From: Chrysomallon squamiferum
Lineage: Eukaryota > Animalia > Mollusca
Assembly (NCBI GenBank): GCA_012295275.1
Contig: CM022665.1
Coordinates: 32,736,001-32,800,000, forward strand
Length of the DNA stretch: 64,000 nt
Direction of reading: 5' to 3'
Every line of letters starts with the position of its first letter. Within the stretch, counting starts at the first letter, position 1. Shown one piece after another: positions 48,049-64,000 of the stretch. The translations under genes were made by a program, and so were the position numbers. The notes below the pieces were generated by a model, which had not been told where the DNA came from, did not search any database, and saw only the letters and a list, made by a program, of their open reading frames with translations.

Positions 48049-48390
48049 CAGGGGTGCCCAATACTTTGATCGTGATCGACCGGTCGATCGCCAATGTAGT
48101 GCAGGTAGATCGCGCGCCATTCAGTGTATTTAAATGTGGCCAAATGTATTTAGTTGCATTGTGCAGTAAGGGTTCGTGCAGTGATGCAACGTGCGCCGAT
48201 ATATTGTATATATAACGTATACTCAGTAAATATAGAAATAAATATATTTAGTGCATTTTAATATTTCACAACGGCTCGCTGTGATTAACACGTTAAATTT
48301 TTTCCATTCCATTACACATTTACAGGTAGATCATTTTGACCAAGTCATTTTAAAAGTAGCTCGCAAGCTGAAAAAGTATCGGCAGCCCTG
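48049..48390. mobile_element. hAT-Charlie-like MITE (342 bp) just upstream of the TAB2 promoter
   Basis: CAGGGGTGCCCAATACTTT ... AAAGTATCGGCAGCCCTG TIRs. CpG-rich interior with GATCGACCGGTCGATC and GTAGATC repeats. Degenerate 8-bp flanks GTTTATAT/GTGTGTGT. Confidence 0.8.
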
Positions 48391-50374
48391 GTGTGTGTAG
48401 ATGCACGATTGATTTAAATAACAATATTCAAATGATTTTTGAATACGTATAATGATATATTAATAAAATAAGACTGTCATTTGTTAATATTTATAGTCGC
48501 ATTTAAAAAATGTACGAAGCTAGCATTTATTTAAGCGGGAAAATATAAACTAGTTAGATGTGTGGTCTATGTAAACATGAAAAATAAAATAATTACAGTA
48601 GTTAAAAAAACATTGAAGATTTATTCACTGTGTTGATACGTTATTCATCACATAAGTAGATAAGCAGGCTACACGAAAACTGACATTTTAATGTCTGAGA
48701 TTTGGTTGAAATTTTACAAATATTTTTTACAAATACTTTTGTTCTCTGGAAGTCCTGATAGAATCAGCTATTTGATTTAAATTATATGATTATAAAAGAT
48801 CAAATTTAGAATGTTGAGGCATGAACATCCTGACATTAATCATTTTATTTAAATGTAGGGCAGCACCAAATAGAGCTATCTATTTTTACATCTGAATTTT
48901 GTTTCATTTTCACTATTTAATCAGTAAAAGGCTTAATCCTAGATAAAATTCAGAAATATTGAATATATCATAAAAAAACTTTAAAATTATTTTTCAATTT
49001 GTCTTGACAATTGAATATATATATATTTTTGTCCTATTGGTGAATTATCTTTTTTTTTTTTTTTTTCACACTTACCATAGTGAATTTCACAATACCTTTG
49101 AGCAAAATAATTATATTCAGAATAGTACATAATACTCATTCTTTTATGTAATTATGAAGATGCTTTTTTCTAGTTTTAATAATTTTTATGCAGTCAAATA
49201 GAATATTATATTATTACCGTCCAGAGCACATTCTATTTGTTATAAATAAAGTGAAAACAAAACCATCAAAACAACTCAAATTAAACAAAACATTTACAAT
49301 TTATTCAGATTCAAAGAACAGTAATATTTTTGCACAGGCATATTTCCTGATTGACAACTATCAAATATTTACAATCAAATTTATTAACTGAATTCTCAAG
49401 TATTATCTGGTACAAAGAAAACTGGTAACAAGCATTTTAAGTTGCCTCCATCTATTTTATACTAGAACATTTTGAAAGAGTATTAATATTTAAAGACATC
49501 AAATTATTTCATTTGGATGAAACATAATCACCAAACATTCCAAAGGTTACAAATTAAAATTATTTTAGGGCTAAAACAATAAAAATACCAACTCCAAAAA
49601 AACCCCCCAAAAAACCAAAAAGAAAGAAAGGAAAACAAAATCAAAATTTGCTCTTAAAATATCTACAAAAATATTTTCAATAATAAATTTCAATTGAAAA
49701 GTACTTGCTATTCTTAAACAGTGCTTAAGAACGATATAAATTTCTAGTCTGGGCTTAATTTTTGTTTATTTCTAATGATCAGTTACAGAATAATTACACA
49801 ATACATCTATATATCATAAGATGAAATCACAGACATAAAAACAATAACAAATTTCATTCACTTCACAATACAGGTATTCTAAAATGGTGTAATAACAGGC
49901 ATCTTCATATAGTCATCCTAAATATGACATCCAAATATAAATGTATTCACACTGTATGTTTTCATATTTGAACAAATACTCTGATGCTCTTTACTTTGTA
50001 ATTTAACCAATTTTCAACATGTATCACAGATGCTGTGGATTGGCATGTCATGAAAACAACACTGAACCTAACAAATTCTTGCACAACAGATGTTGGTCAT
50101 CAGAGGTGCCTATTAAGATCATTTAAAAAAATTTCTACTGCAAACAAGCACAAACAACTGAAATGAACTATTATTCTTGAATGAATTAAACTTCAAGGCA
50201 ACTTGGTTCTAACAGTGTTGAAATGGGAAATATATTTCATATTCAATTTGTCCATTGGACATAATTCATAAATACATATAATAAACTTTGTAAAAAACAA
50301 ATTACAATTGTCTTTGACTTTCTTTTTTTAAACATTGCCAAAGTCTGAACACAGTTTTCATAATAAAAAGGTCA

Positions 50375-63867
<13,493 letters not shown>

Positions 63868-64000
63868 ACTGATATAATCATTGTGGGATTTGTTTTGATA
63901 AATAAATTTAGCACAAATTACAGATTTTCACCGGAGTTTTGGCAAAATAATCTAATCCATTTCCGGTTGTCGTTGCAAACATCTTCAGTTTACTTTTATC

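Overview
AT-rich (roughly 70% A+T by eye) eukaryotic DNA from an invertebrate animal, probably a mollusc or other lophotrochozoan (inference). There are four intron-containing genes, whose exons I traced by hand using GT-AG boundaries and reading phase. (1) The 5' part of a REPS1/2 EH-domain gene (minus strand, exons 1-2, 17-kb first intron). (2) A complete RBBP4/7 histone chaperone gene (plus strand, 15 exons, about 426 aa), head-to-head with REPS. (3) A complete TAB2/3 gene (minus strand; CUE, coiled coil, NZF). (4) A complete SENP6/7 SUMO protease gene (minus strand, 21 exons, about 1546 aa) carrying a 1-bp frameshift in one exon. First introns and UTRs hold many decayed DNA transposons: three copies of one Sola2-like family (GGG..CCC ends, 4-bp TSD), a 3.9-kb element with a 7-bp TSD and an internal 200-bp tandem array, a pogo-like/PHD plus THAP-YqaJ composite, and several hAT and Tc1/pogo MITEs. 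The most notable points are the REPS-RBBP head-to-head microsynteny, candidate alternative TAB2 C-termini (including a membrane-anchor-like tail), the SENP frameshift and candidate poison exons, and the template-switch structure of the Sola2 copies. No prokaryotic-type system, CRISPR array, rRNA or tRNA was seen.
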